DNA of 64,000 bases from a virus (IMGVR_UViG_3300030419_006839:32001-96000); one strand, 5' to 3'. Numbered from the stretch's first letter, positions 1 to 11,009 are shown. Program-made: numbers and translations. Notes: a model not told the origin generated them from the sequence alone.

Positions 1-4
1 CTGT

Positions 5-265
5 TTGAATAGTTGCACTACTGATGGTAGTAGTACAAATTGGGTGTGTACAGGTTCAGTACATAGTGTTTGTGGTGGGAAGATGTTTGTATATGGAGAT
101 CCTTGTAGTAAGTTTTCTGGTGCTGGTAGGCAAGTATCCCTTAATTTACAACTTGATCATGATGGTTTTGGACTTTGTGGAATTACAGTATGGGATAATT
201 CTGATTATGGTGGTAGTAGGTTAGTAACGAATTCCCTTATATGGGCATCGAGAGGTGCTTTATGA
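5..265 (+). CDS. C-terminal end of an upstream gene, probably tail-fibre-like; truncated by the window edge
   Basis: Frame open from the window start, Cys/Gly/Ser-rich, lies in the tail region. Confidence 0.35.
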   Translation: MNSCTTDGSSTNWVCTGSVHSVCGGKMFVYGDPCSKFSGAGRQVSLNLQLDHDGFGLCGITVWDNSDYGGSRLVTNSLIWASRGAL

Positions 266-510
266 TTACAATAAATATACCAGAAAAAGTATACGGAATA
301 GAATTAAGTGAAGTTGAGATTGTAGAATATAGTAAGGATTATTTTTCAAGTTTTCCAAACAACGATTGTTCTCTTGAAATTGTATATGTTTTATCAAAAA
401 ACGGAACTAGGGTAGGAAATCATGGTGTTCGTTATTTAAATAAAATTGATAAAGATTTTGATGAAGAAGTTCTCAAAGGATTTTTTATAGATGGGTTTAA
501 TAATATATAA
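262..510 (+). CDS. hypothetical protein
   Basis: GAGGT RBS before ATG overlapping the previous stop (MITINIPE...). Confidence 0.55.
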   Translation: MITINIPEKVYGIELSEVEIVEYSKDYFSSFPNNDCSLEIVYVLSKNGTRVGNHGVRYLNKIDKDFDEEVLKGFFIDGFNNI

Positions 511-532
511 TTGGATTAAAATTTAAAAAAGT

Positions 533-562
533 AGTAAAAAACCTCAGTAAAATTATGTTATA
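533..562 (+). promoter_or_regulatory. class-2 phage promoter AGTAAA-N16-ATGTTATA
   Basis: Matches a motif recurring upstream of genes at 40243, 40286, 60626, 60641, 63365. Confidence 0.6.
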
Positions 563-595
563 AGGTTAAGTAATATTTTATTGGAGGTATTTAGG

Positions 596-925
596 ATGTC
601 GAATTTGGATCTAACTCAAGATGAGTTAGTAGAAGCAAAAACGCATATAAATTTAATTCAAAAATCGTATAGAAAATTAGAGTCTGCACAATATGCAGTA
701 AGAGAATTGGAAGGTGATTTTAGGGATTTAATTACATTACATATTCAACAAAAAGGAGGAGATCCTGAGTTGCAATATAATTTAAACACTGATACGGGAT
801 CTTTAGAACCTGTACAACAAGATCAGTTGGAAGAAGGTAGTCAAAATGGAAATATGCCTTCAGAGGAATCTCTTGATCCAAGCGGTAACTTTCAGTTTGG
901 AGAAGATGAAGCTGAAGAAGTATAG
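596..925 (+). CDS. acidic hypothetical protein
   Basis: GGAGGT RBS then ATG (MSNLDL...). Confidence 0.6.
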   Translation: MSNLDLTQDELVEAKTHINLIQKSYRKLESAQYAVRELEGDFRDLITLHIQQKGGDPELQYNLNTDTGSLEPVQQDQLEEGSQNGNMPSEESLDPSGNFQFGEDEAEEV

Positions 926-968
926 ATATATTAACAACCACGAAAGTGTAAAATAAAGAGGTGATGAA

Positions 969-1277
969 ATGGCTTTTACAGCAACAGTAACTGCTTTTGG
1001 GCATGAGTTTAATTCTGCTTATGTTACAGTGAATGAAGCAAACTTAGAATACCGATTAAATGATTTTGAAAATGGAACTGAATCTACTAACCTTAGAGTA
1101 AGTTACAAGGTTTATGTTAATCAAACAGCAAAAGAAGCAGGTGGAGAACCAATTTTAAATAATTGGATTGATAAGTCTGCAGATGATTCTACCGATATAG
1201 TTGACGGTGATTTAAAATCATTAGCAACAGGTATGGTTAAAGCAGAAGAAATTTTTAGTAATATAGCAGATGTATAA
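969..1277 (+). CDS. hypothetical virion/tail-associated protein
   Basis: GAGGTG RBS, tail-module context. Confidence 0.55.
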   Translation: MAFTATVTAFGHEFNSAYVTVNEANLEYRLNDFENGTESTNLRVSYKVYVNQTAKEAGGEPILNNWIDKSADDSTDIVDGDLKSLATGMVKAEEIFSNIADV

Positions 1278-1299
1278 ATAACATCTGAAAGGAACTTTA

Positions 1300-2205
1300 A
1301 TGGAAAATGATAAAATTATTTTCCACGTAAATGGTGGCATTGGTAAAAATATTGCTGCAACAGCAGTAATTAAGGCTATTAAGAAAAAGTATGACTTACC
1401 GATAACTGTAGTAACTGGTTGGTCAGAGATGTTTAAGATTGACCCAAATGTAGAAAAAGTATATAAGTTTGGGTCAACTCAATATTTTTATGAAGATTAT
1501 ATAAAGCGTGGGAACCCTATAATTTTTGCTCAAGAACCTTATTTATCTACTCAACATATTGTTGAAAGAAAACCTTTAAGGCAGTCTTGGATTGAGATGC
1601 TTGGTATGGAGTTTGATAATGAAATGCCAGAGTTGCACTTTAATTTTAGACATCATCAACTTATTGAGCAAAATTACCAAAGAGATAAACCAACTATTGT
1701 GATTCATTCAAATGGAGGAGCAGTAGATCCAGAAGGAAAGAGGGTGTATTCTTGGGCTAGGGATATGCCCCATAATCTAGTTCAGAGATTAGTTGACAGA
1801 TTAAAAAATAAATATCATATTTTTCAAATTTGTTATAATCAAAAACAATTAGCAAAGGGTGCAGAAGTTGTACAGGGGCTAACAGAAATGGAAGCATTTG
1901 CTTTAGTAAAACAATCTAAAGGTAGAATTTTAATAGATAGTTGTATCCAACATGCTTGTGGTGCAATGAATCTACCTTCTACTGTATTGTGGATTGGCAA
2001 TGATCCAAAGATTTGGTCTTATGAGATGCACGACCACATAACTCCTTGTATTGAGCCTAAATTTAACGCTCCAGCGAATGATTTGTATCAGAGGTATGAT
2101 ATAGCTGGATCAACAGATGAATACCCTTATGATACGGATGAGATTTTCGATATTGAAGCAATTATTTCTTCCGTAGAAAAGCAAATAAATCAGAGTGGCA
2201 CTTAG
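1300..2205 (+). CDS. glycosyltransferase family 9-like (heptosyltransferase fold) protein
   Basis: N-terminal GGIGKNIAATAVIKAIKK and C-terminal IDSCIQHACGAMNLPSTVLW resemble the GT9 motifs (GGIGD...; DSGxxHxAxAxxxPxxxLF). Confidence 0.75.
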   Translation: MENDKIIFHVNGGIGKNIAATAVIKAIKKKYDLPITVVTGWSEMFKIDPNVEKVYKFGSTQYFYEDYIKRGNPIIFAQEPYLSTQHIVERKPLRQSWIEMLGMEFDNEMPELHFNFRHHQLIEQNYQRDKPTIVIHSNGGAVDPEGKRVYSWARDMPHNLVQRLVDRLKNKYHIFQICYNQKQLAKGAEVVQGLTEMEAFALVKQSKGRILIDSCIQHACGAMNLPSTVLWIGNDPKIWSYEMHDHITPCIEPKFNAPANDLYQRYDIAGSTDEYPYDTDEIFDIEAIISSVEKQINQSGT

Positions 2206-2230
2206 TAAAGAGTTGCCACTCTTTTTTTTT
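2192..2230 (+). terminator. intrinsic terminator
   Basis: AGAGTGGCA...TGCCACTCT stem followed by a T9 run. Confidence 0.85.
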
Positions 2231-2300
2231 GTGAGAAAATATTGAAAATTTAGTGTATATAATATAAAATTAAGGTTAAATACTCTATAGGAGGTTTAAA

Positions 2301-3476
2301 ATGGCTTATTTTGGGAATGAAAGTAAAGTTTTTATAAAAAAACAAGCACATGAAAATAATGCAGTAGTTACTACTTATAAAACCTTTGTAAATCCAATTT
2401 CCGCTGATCAGAGGTTAGTTTTTAATAGTGGAATTATCAATGAAAATGTTTCTTTTATTGAGAGGGATGTTGTTACTGGTGATAGACAATATATTTCACA
2501 AGATGTTTTTAGAGATAGAAGTAGTTTTTCTGGTAGTTTTTCAGTACCGCTTACCGATCCTAATGCAACTAATAATTTAGCATTTAAAACTTTACTAGAA
2601 AGTGCTATGGGAAATGTAGATATTTTTACTGTTACTGCTTCTCCTGATAAAAAATACTACACATTAAGTAATTCTAATGATGTTTTGGGAAAATCTTCTG
2701 GTGGTGCTCAAACAGAAGGTACACCAAGATTTTCTGGTTTTTCTATTGGTATAGAATTACCTGGAGCACATACTTCCGCACAATCTCATAGGCAAATTAC
2801 TGGAGCATTAGTTAATTCTATGTCTTATTCTTTAAATGTATCTGGTATAACTAATGTTGAATTCGGAATTATAGCTAATTCTATGTCTTATCCTAGTGGT
2901 GGTGAAGCAATAGCAAAATCTAATGTAGCTCTTCCTAGTTTACATAGAACTGGAGGATATAAATCTTCTATTTCAATAAACGATGCATCCACTGTCGATT
3001 CTACTCTTTTTGGGAATAGTCTTTATACACAGAGTGGTACTGATGATTTTAATTTTACTACAGCAACACCTACAAATTCTAATACAACACTTCAAGTAAC
3101 TGATTTTTCTTTTAATCTTGAAAATGGAATAGAACTTCTTGACATGGTAGAAGGTACAGATAATCAAGGAGTTCCATATTATTCATCACCTAGAAGAATA
3201 ACTGGAAGCTTAAGTGTTCTTTGGAACGATGCTGCGAAATTACTAGCTGGTAGAATATTGGGTAGTTCACCAAATGCAGATATAAAAAGAGCATCCATAA
3301 TACATACAGTAAATGTTTCTACTAGTACAACAATAGATTTTGTCTTCCCTAGTGTTCATTTTGATCAAGGTGGTTTGCAAGATTTAAGTCCAGATCAATT
3401 AACAGCAACTTTTAATTTTGTAGCCTATCAAACATCAAGTGGAATGAATAACGAATTTTTTATTCAATCATCATAG
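2301..3476 (+). CDS. major tail tube protein
   Basis: Beta-rich; DFSFNLENG...RRITGSLSV pattern typical of tail tubes; lies upstream of chaperone and tape measure. Confidence 0.7.
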   Translation: MAYFGNESKVFIKKQAHENNAVVTTYKTFVNPISADQRLVFNSGIINENVSFIERDVVTGDRQYISQDVFRDRSSFSGSFSVPLTDPNATNNLAFKTLLESAMGNVDIFTVTASPDKKYYTLSNSNDVLGKSSGGAQTEGTPRFSGFSIGIELPGAHTSAQSHRQITGALVNSMSYSLNVSGITNVEFGIIANSMSYPSGGEAIAKSNVALPSLHRTGGYKSSISINDASTVDSTLFGNSLYTQSGTDDFNFTTATPTNSNTTLQVTDFSFNLENGIELLDMVEGTDNQGVPYYSSPRRITGSLSVLWNDAAKLLAGRILGSSPNADIKRASIIHTVNVSTSTTIDFVFPSVHFDQGGLQDLSPDQLTATFNFVAYQTSSGMNNEFFIQSS

Positions 3477-3485
3477 GATAAAATC

Positions 3486-4253
3486 ATGGCAGATGATATA
3501 AAGATTTGGTTAGAAGATTCATATAATATTGGGTATACGTTGACAACCAACTCTGGTTGGCACAGTAATACCAAAAAATTTCGTCTGTTTGATAGTGCTA
3601 TAGATGATGTATTTTTAATAAGGGTTCCTGAATATAAGAAATTAAAAACTAGTAGTAATTATATTAAGTTTTATTATAAAGATGCAGCTTTTGGTAGTAG
3701 TGAAACTTATAATAATGATGCAATAACGAGTGAATATTTAGATTCCCGTACATATGGGTCTTCAGATGGTGGAGTTATGTCTGGAGTAGTATCTGTTCAG
3801 TCAAGTAATTCAACTACTGATACAATAAGTTCAGATTACACGATAGATTTCCATTTATTTTCAGGATCTAGTAGTCCAAAATTAACATTAAATGCAACTA
3901 ATCAGAATTTACCCAAATCAATGTCAATTACTCCGTATTTTCCACAGAGTAATACTTATCAGTTAATGAATGGAGGAACTTCATCGTATACTCCATACAA
4001 TAAGGTAAAAATAGAATTAGAATTTGAATTTTTACCTGTTGGAACTTTGAATACTATACTAGAGATATTCAGAAAACCAATTTTAATTCAACCAGATCCA
4101 AGTTCGTTTGCACCAACAACAAACTCATCTGATTACGATTGGAAGAATAGATACTATCATTGTAATTGGATGGACGATCAAATAGATTTTAAATACACTA
4201 GTTCCTATAAGGGGTCAGGATATAGTGGTAAAATAACACTAATAGAAGCATAA
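3486..4253 (+). CDS. tail-associated protein
   Basis: Position in tail operon; C-terminal GKITLIEA resembles distal-tail proteins. Confidence 0.5.
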   Translation: MADDIKIWLEDSYNIGYTLTTNSGWHSNTKKFRLFDSAIDDVFLIRVPEYKKLKTSSNYIKFYYKDAAFGSSETYNNDAITSEYLDSRTYGSSDGGVMSGVVSVQSSNSTTDTISSDYTIDFHLFSGSSSPKLTLNATNQNLPKSMSITPYFPQSNTYQLMNGGTSSYTPYNKVKIELEFEFLPVGTLNTILEIFRKPILIQPDPSSFAPTTNSSDYDWKNRYYHCNWMDDQIDFKYTSSYKGSGYSGKITLIEA

Positions 4254-4269
4254 TGCCAAAGGAGAAAAA

Positions 4270-4797
4270 ATGGCTAGGAAAAAAAGACAACAAGAAGAAA
4301 CAGTAGAAACCCCAGAGACAGAAGATGTCGAAGAAGAAGTAACTGAGGAAGTAGAAGAAGAAAAGCCCAAAAAGAAAACATTTACAAGTCGTGATGAATT
4401 AATCAAAAGACGATATAGAAAAGGAGTTGTAGAAACTAGTTTAGGCAGGATTTTTGAAATAAAAAGTATTGATCCTAAAACGTTGTTAATTACTAAGGGT
4501 ACAGCATTCTTACCTGCATTTAATGATTTTGTTAGTGAAGCTTCAGCAGAAGCCTTACAAAATCCAGAATTATTGTCTTTTGTAACTGAAGTTGTAATAT
4601 TATCAGTTACATCTTTAAATTTAGTCGATAAGGAAATTGAGGATTGCAATGAGGAAGAAGTTCCTGTTGGTGCTATAGACATGGACGAACAAATAGAGAT
4701 TTTTTCTGCAGTTATGGATCTTTGTGCAACAGAGGAGGAAAAAAGAGAATGGTCGTTTTTTCGTAACACAACTGAAGAAGAATCCACGACTGATTAA
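4270..4797 (+). CDS. tail assembly chaperone (gpG-like)
   Basis: Acidic ORF between tail tube and tape measure; TTTTTTC run near its 3' end. Confidence 0.65.
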   Translation: MARKKRQQEETVETPETEDVEEEVTEEVEEEKPKKKTFTSRDELIKRRYRKGVVETSLGRIFEIKSIDPKTLLITKGTAFLPAFNDFVSEASAEALQNPELLSFVTEVVILSVTSLNLVDKEIEDCNEEEVPVGAIDMDEQIEIFSAVMDLCATEEEKREWSFFRNTTEEESTTD

Positions 4798-5002
4798 TAG
4801 TTTAGCAGAATTAGATTTTATGGCTCAAAGGTATTCATTAGACCCTGTAACTTTAATTTATCCAGATTGCAGTAATCCTTTCTACAGGCTTGCACTGATG
4901 AGAAAGATTGCAGAAGCAGGTGTAGAGATGGAGAAAAGAGCCTATCAAGAGGCTGAAGCTAAAGCTAAAGCACAATCTCAGCAACAACAATTCATGAGGT
5001 AA
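4757..5002 (+). CDS. frameshift extension of tail chaperone (gpT-like)
   Basis: Overlapping ORF in the +1 frame with no convincing RBS, ending just before the tape measure. Confidence 0.55.
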   Translation, partial: FFVTQLKKNPRLINSLAELDFMAQRYSLDPVTLIYPDCSNPFYRLALMRKIAEAGVEMEKRAYQEAEAKAKAQSQQQQFMR

Positions 5003-5005
5003 AAA

Positions 5006-8000
5006 ATGGCACAAATAGATATTAATGTAGCTCTTGAAGGTTTTCAAAGAGCCAATCAATCATTACAAAATTTAGAAGATAGAATAAATGCCATTAATGA
5101 AGCTAGGAAAAGGCAAGAAGTAGCTGAGAGATCTGTCCAAGAAGCACAAAGAAGATTAAATATAACACAAGATGCTTCTTCAGCTTCAGCAAGCTCTGTC
5201 GAGATTGCTACTGCAGCATTATCTGAAAGAACAAGGGAATATGGAGAAGCTGTAGCAGCATCTCGTAATCAAGTTGAAATACTAGCAGTAAGTTTAAAAA
5301 GCTCATTAGTTGATGGATTAGCCCGTGTTGCTGCTGCTTCAATAGATGCTGCTTCTAAATGGGAGAATTTTACCTTAGCTATGAATTCTGTATCTGTTAG
5401 TTCAGATAGAGCAGCAGAATCAATAGATAATTTAGTTAAAATTTCTAGACTTCCTGGAGTAACTTTAAATGATGCATTAGAGTCTAGTGTTAAACTGCAA
5501 GCAACTGGAGCTTCTGCAGAAGAAGCTGCTAGAATGGTTGCTGAATTAGGTAATGCCTTAGCTACCGTTGGTGCTACTCAAGGGCAATTGCAAGGTGTGA
5601 TGTTAGCAATCACACAAATCCAAGCTAAAGGATATGTCTATGCAGAAGAGATTTATCAAATTGCTGAACGACTCCCCCAGATCAGACAAATAACTAAAGA
5701 TATATATGGTACAGCTAACACAGAAATAATTAAAGCAGAAGGTTTTACGGCAAAGGAATTCTTAAGGGGATTAACTGATGGTCTTGAAAGATTACCTAGA
5801 TTGAAAGATTCTTTAACTAATTCTATAAAAAACTTAAATAATGAGATATTTCTTTTATTTAGAACAGTAGGTGAGGATTTAGTTAAAGCCCTAACTACTG
5901 CTGCTAATTTAGCTAGTGAGTTTTTAAGAGCAGTAAATTCATTAAATCCTGCTGTATTAAAAGCTGTTGGTAATCTTACAATGCTTTCTCTTGTTTTGAT
6001 TACAGTAGATAGAACTCTTAAAACATTGAATCAATCTAAATCAGTTTTGGCAATATTTGAAGTTTTTCAGAAGGGAGCAGTTATGGGTGGACTAACTAAG
6101 TTTTCAACTGGACTTAGTAGTTCTTTAGGAAAGGTTGCTACAGCATTTTCACTTATTGGTTCACAAATAGCTAAATTATTACCTTTTGTTGCTGGTTTTA
6201 CTACATTGGTTGGAGGATTAGTAGCAGCGTTGGCTGTAGTTTCTATAGGTACAGTACTATATATAAAACATAAAACTAAGTTAGCAACAAAATTAAAAGA
6301 AGTTCAAGAATCAACAGCAGAGACAACAGAGGAGTTCAAAAAGTACAACGCACTATTAGGAGATACCAGACTTGCAATAGCTCAAGCAGAGTCAATAGAT
6401 CAATTAACTCAAAGTATAGATAAAGAAACTGATGCTAGGATTAAAAGAAGACTTGAGGTTGAGCGTGAGTTAAAATATCAACAATCATCTAAACAAGTGA
6501 AAAGTTTATTTCAGAGAAGTACTGATTCTAAAGGTAATGAGAGATTAACTTTTAACATTAAAAGTGAAAACGACTTATTAGCAACTCAAGAAGAGATAAG
6601 AGAAAGAAACATAAAAAACATACAAAAACAAATCAAACAAGCATCAGAAATTGTGGAAGTAGCTAGGAAAAATATGAATAAGAAGAGTCTTAATCCATTT
6701 AAGATTTTTGATGAAGAGAAAACTTCAGAGAAAAGGTTAGTCGTGTATCAAGATGCTTTAAAAGAACAGCATAAATTAATGTCTATGTTGGATTCGTATG
6801 TATCAACAAGGGAAAGAACTACGAAACTTTTATCTATTAACTTAGAAAAAAGTTTGAATGAAGCTGAACAAGATATACAGAAGTTTAGTACTTTTTCTCA
6901 AGATCAATTAACTCAAATAGAAAATGCTGGATCTCTTACAAAGAGAAAGCAAGTAGAGGAAAACCTTGCTGCTCAAAATGCTTTACGAACTAGTTTAGCT
7001 CAAAATAGAAAAGAAATGATTTCTATACAAAAAGAACTATTGAAAAACCAATTTAGAGATTTAGTTCAGATATTATCTGATGAAAGTGGTGAATTTGCTA
7101 AATTAGAACAAGAACAAAGGTTAAGAGTTTCAGAAGAAATGATAAGGCAACTTGATAAACTAAGAACAAGGGAACTTAGTGGACAAGATATAACAGGAGA
7201 AAGACTTAAATTAGATGTTGGTGATTTTTTAGGTGACCAGAATATTGATATTAAAATAAACACAATACTAGACCCAACTACAGTTCAAAATATTGGCCCT
7301 GCAATTGCTCAGTTTAAAACTCTTGCTAATAGGTTTGAAACAATGGAAACACAAGCAAGGAAGTATAAAGAAGAAGAAAGACAAAGACTTAATGAGCAAC
7401 TATATACTAATGAAAAAACTAAATTAGAACTAAAAGAAATAGAATTCACTTTAGAAAGAAATAAATCTAGTTTAACAAACACTTCAGAAGCTCAAGAATA
7501 TTTAAATACATTAACTGAACGTCATTTTGAAATACTTAAACTAGATTTAGAAATATTGAAAGCTACAAACGATAATGAACAAGAAAGATTGGAAGTTTTA
7601 GAAAAACAAAAGATTTCAGTAACTGAATTTTATACTGCTAAATTACAGAAAATGAAGGAAGAACATAATCTTCTAAAATCTAATTTAGAGCTTGAGATGA
7701 AAATAGGAATGGCTCAATCTGGTGGAGGATCTGATTCTGAAACTGTTCAAAGTTTTATTTCTTTATCTCAGGCATTAAATAAAATACAAACACAAAGAGA
7801 TAAATTGCTTAAGACTTCTCAAAGACAAACTGAATTGGAGAACAAAAGAATAAGTACGGATAAGTCTTCCGCTGAACTCCAAGAGGAACTTGATAAAGAA
7901 CGTACTAAATTAAGTAGACTGACAGTAACCTCTGAAAGAAAATTTGAAACAGAGAGAAAAAACCTTGAAAGACTAAAGAAAGAACAACTTTCAGAAGTTT

Positions 8001-10993
8001 CTAGAGATACATCAATGAGTCCTAGTAGTTATAAGTCTTATATTGAGGGAGATTCTTCAAAAAAGGTGTTTACAGAAGTTAGCAAATCCTTAAGTAATCT
8101 TGGTATGCAAGCTATTAATTACAATTTATTAATAGAGGAAAATCATAAATTTGAAAAACAAATAACTGAAGAATTGGAAGAACAAAAAGATAAAGTTAAA
8201 AACATAGATTTATCATACCAGAATTCATTATCAACACTAGAGTCTATTGGAAGTGAGATAGAAAGTTCAGTTTTATCTCAAGTCATACAAACACAAGAAC
8301 TTGCTAATTACCATCAAGAATTAAAAAATAGTACTGCAACATTAAACCATCAAGCAGATCAGTTAGAATTTCAATTAGATTCTATTGAAAAGATGAAGAC
8401 ATCAATGGAAGCATTAAATTTATCAATTAACAGTGGTGCAGAAGCATACGAAAAACAAAGAAAAAACATAGAACTTAATATAAAAGAAAAACAAAATGAA
8501 TTGGCAGTAGAAAAATTATCAATACAAAATGCTGCTGATAATTTGGAAATTTCTATAGATATGAACGAGATACAAAACAATATTAAAGAAATTACAAAAA
8601 CAATTACAGAGGAAGAGGAAGAATCAAATAAACTAGGTAAACAAAACCTAGTAGCAGCAATGGAAAGATATTTGGCAAATGTGAATTTGAGTGAAGAATT
8701 AATAAAACAAATGGAGATTTCTATACTAAACTTAGACATAGAGAGACGATCAACTGTTATTAGAGAGGAAAATAGTAGAAAATTAGCTATTTCCAATAAG
8801 GAAGTAGAAGATAGTTTATCTGTTCAAATTGCAAGGCAAAAACTATTGGATGATACTGAGCATAATAGATTACGAACTATGGAATTAACACATAGGAAAA
8901 ACATAGAAATACAAGAAGCACAACTAGAAAACATTAAAGGAAACTTAGAAGACGGTAAAAAAGCATTTCAAGAGCTTAGGAAAGAAGGTTTTGTTGAAGA
9001 GGGGAGAGTTAATTATACCAAAATAGAAGGAATAGAAAGTGAAAAAGAAAGATATAAGGAAATAATGACATTGGCAGCAACGGCATATAATGCTATTGAA
9101 GAAATAGCAATTAAACATGATATTAAATTAAAAGAAATGTCTATAGAAAATGCGAAAGATCTTTTTAATATAGAAGTAGATTTATTTGAAAGGGCAGAAC
9201 TTAAAAAGAGACATGAAATTGACATAACAAATAAAAAAAATGAAGATAGTATAAAACTATTAGAACTAGAGTTAGAACTTGGTAAGAAGTTTTCCGAAGG
9301 GAAACAGAAAGATTCTGAACAGTTAGAAATACTAATCAATAAACAAAACCGACAATTAGAAATAGAAGGAGAGATTTTAAATAACCTAATAGAAAGTGAT
9401 GGTATATTAAGTGATACAGTGGCTAAACAAATACAATCTCTGCAGCATCTTTCAAGAGAAAATGATTTACAAAGAAATATTTTAGAATTGCAATTAAAAA
9501 GAAACGAACAAGAAAGAATATATAATAATTTATTAGATGAATCATCTAATTTCTTGAAAATGTCTGATTTGGAACGTAGAACTCAATTAACAAGACAAAG
9601 AATGACTCCTGGTGGTATGATTCCAAATCCATTACAAGAATATTCTAATATAAATGCTGAACTAATTAGAGCAGAAATGGAAAGATCAGTTCAACTTAGT
9701 ATAATTAAGGATAAACATAAAGAGGATGATAAAAAAAGAGAACAAGAAACTCTTAAAATAAATAATGAATTTAATATAAAAAGAAGTGAATTGGCCTTAC
9801 AAGTAGAACAACAAGATTTAGAAAACTTTGAAAAAGTAAAAGACAACATAACAACATTACTTGAAGATAAAATAAATAATCACTTTGAAGCAGCAGAAGC
9901 AGAGAAAGAATTAAATAGAGAAAAAAATGAAGCAATTGCAGAGATGGAAAGAGATCTATATAGAGAATTAAGAGACATACAAGAAGATTACACACTAACA
10001 TTTAATGAGAGAATGAACAAATTAGAAAGTTTAGCTAGAGATAGTTCAGAAAGAAGATCTGAGATAGAAAAAGAAGCCGATGAAAAGAAAGAAGAATTTG
10101 ATACAAATAATCTATTTAGTAGAGAAAGATTAGTTAATTATGGATCTTCAGTTGGTGGATCTCTTATTGCTTCAGCATCTATGCCATTGATAAGATCTCT
10201 AACTAGACCTACTGTTGAAGCTAATAGTGAGGGATTAGATGGTCGTTTAGGTAACTTAAGTAATACTGATTTTACAAACATGGGTAGTATTAGCGATATG
10301 TTTAAAAACTTATTTCTAGGAAAGGTAGAACAAGCAGAAGGTATTACTATAAACGAAATTCTTGAAAAAAACACTAATGCAATTGTAGATAACACTCAAG
10401 CACTATTGATTACAACAAATAATCAGAGAGGATATAAACAAGCGGAAAATTACATTTTTGATAAACTTAGTGGGGGTCTACTAGGTGCTGGTAGTGCTGG
10501 TAGTAGTGAAATAGATAATAGTGGTAAGTTTAAAGAATCGGTGAAAAGTCTTCCCTCTTTAACTAATTTCACTAAGATTTTTAAGGATGTGGGTGCAAGT
10601 TCTATTTTTAGCGGTCTAGGAGGAATTCCTACAAGCCCTGTACTTAATAATTTATGGGAAGATATATCAAAAGATATTTCAGTTCCAGAGACGATTTTTA
10701 GAAGTTTTCTTAGATTACTTGCTCCTTTCGACAACCCAACAAATGACAATAAACTCATGACTCAATATAAGCAACTTGGATCAGAGATGCAAAAAGCTCA
10801 AGAAAGATCTGCTGCTGACATGATAGGAATAAGTGCTGGAGCATTTACTGAAGCGTATGCACAAGCAGCATCAAATTCTGGACAAGGTGGAGTTCCAAAT
10901 GTTACCATTAGTGGTGAATTTCGTTTAGATCAGGGAGCAATAAGGTTCTTTGAGGATGAGAGAAATAGATTATCCAAACGTGGTAATATTTAA
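5006..10993 (+). CDS. tape measure protein
   Basis: 1995 aa, mostly coiled-coil; tape-measure motif QIQAKGYVYAEEIYQIAERLP; hydrophobic membrane segment near aa 360-420. Confidence 0.92.
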   Translation: MAQIDINVALEGFQRANQSLQNLEDRINAINEARKRQEVAERSVQEAQRRLNITQDASSASASSVEIATAALSERTREYGEAVAASRNQVEILAVSLKSSLVDGLARVAAASIDAASKWENFTLAMNSVSVSSDRAAESIDNLVKISRLPGVTLNDALESSVKLQATGASAEEAARMVAELGNALATVGATQGQLQGVMLAITQIQAKGYVYAEEIYQIAERLPQIRQITKDIYGTANTEIIKAEGFTAKEFLRGLTDGLERLPRLKDSLTNSIKNLNNEIFLLFRTVGEDLVKALTTAANLASEFLRAVNSLNPAVLKAVGNLTMLSLVLITVDRTLKTLNQSKSVLAIFEVFQKGAVMGGLTKFSTGLSSSLGKVATAFSLIGSQIAKLLPFVAGFTTLVGGLVAALAVVSIGTVLYIKHKTKLATKLKEVQESTAETTEEFKKYNALLGDTRLAIAQAESIDQLTQSIDKETDARIKRRLEVERELKYQQSSKQVKSLFQRSTDSKGNERLTFNIKSENDLLATQEEIRERNIKNIQKQIKQASEIVEVARKNMNKKSLNPFKIFDEEKTSEKRLVVYQDALKEQHKLMSMLDSYVSTRERTTKLLSINLEKSLNEAEQDIQKFSTFSQDQLTQIENAGSLTKRKQVEENLAAQNALRTSLAQNRKEMISIQKELLKNQFRDLVQILSDESGEFAKLEQEQRLRVSEEMIRQLDKLRTRELSGQDITGERLKLDVGDFLGDQNIDIKINTILDPTTVQNIGPAIAQFKTLANRFETMETQARKYKEEERQRLNEQLYTNEKTKLELKEIEFTLERNKSSLTNTSEAQEYLNTLTERHFEILKLDLEILKATNDNEQERLEVLEKQKISVTEFYTAKLQKMKEEHNLLKSNLELEMKIGMAQSGGGSDSETVQSFISLSQALNKIQTQRDKLLKTSQRQTELENKRISTDKSSAELQEELDKERTKLSRLTVTSERKFETERKNLERLKKEQLSEVSRDTSMSPSSYKSYIEGDSSKKVFTEVSKSLSNLGMQAINYNLLIEENHKFEKQITEELEEQKDKVKNIDLSYQNSLSTLESIGSEIESSVLSQVIQTQELANYHQELKNSTATLNHQADQLEFQLDSIEKMKTSMEALNLSINSGAEAYEKQRKNIELNIKEKQNELAVEKLSIQNAADNLEISIDMNEIQNNIKEITKTITEEEEESNKLGKQNLVAAMERYLANVNLSEELIKQMEISILNLDIERRSTVIREENSRKLAISNKEVEDSLSVQIARQKLLDDTEHNRLRTMELTHRKNIEIQEAQLENIKGNLEDGKKAFQELRKEGFVEEGRVNYTKIEGIESEKERYKEIMTLAATAYNAIEEIAIKHDIKLKEMSIENAKDLFNIEVDLFERAELKKRHEIDITNKKNEDSIKLLELELELGKKFSEGKQKDSEQLEILINKQNRQLEIEGEILNNLIESDGILSDTVAKQIQSLQHLSRENDLQRNILELQLKRNEQERIYNNLLDESSNFLKMSDLERRTQLTRQRMTPGGMIPNPLQEYSNINAELIRAEMERSVQLSIIKDKHKEDDKKREQETLKINNEFNIKRSELALQVEQQDLENFEKVKDNITTLLEDKINNHFEAAEAEKELNREKNEAIAEMERDLYRELRDIQEDYTLTFNERMNKLESLARDSSERRSEIEKEADEKKEEFDTNNLFSRERLVNYGSSVGGSLIASASMPLIRSLTRPTVEANSEGLDGRLGNLSNTDFTNMGSISDMFKNLFLGKVEQAEGITINEILEKNTNAIVDNTQALLITTNNQRGYKQAENYIFDKLSGGLLGAGSAGSSEIDNSGKFKESVKSLPSLTNFTKIFKDVGASSIFSGLGGIPTSPVLNNLWEDISKDISVPETIFRSFLRLLAPFDNPTNDNKLMTQYKQLGSEMQKAQERSAADMIGISAGAFTEAYAQAASNSGQGGVPNVTISGEFRLDQGAIRFFEDERNRLSKRGNI

Positions 10994-11009
10994 TCATAGG
11001 AGGTAAATC

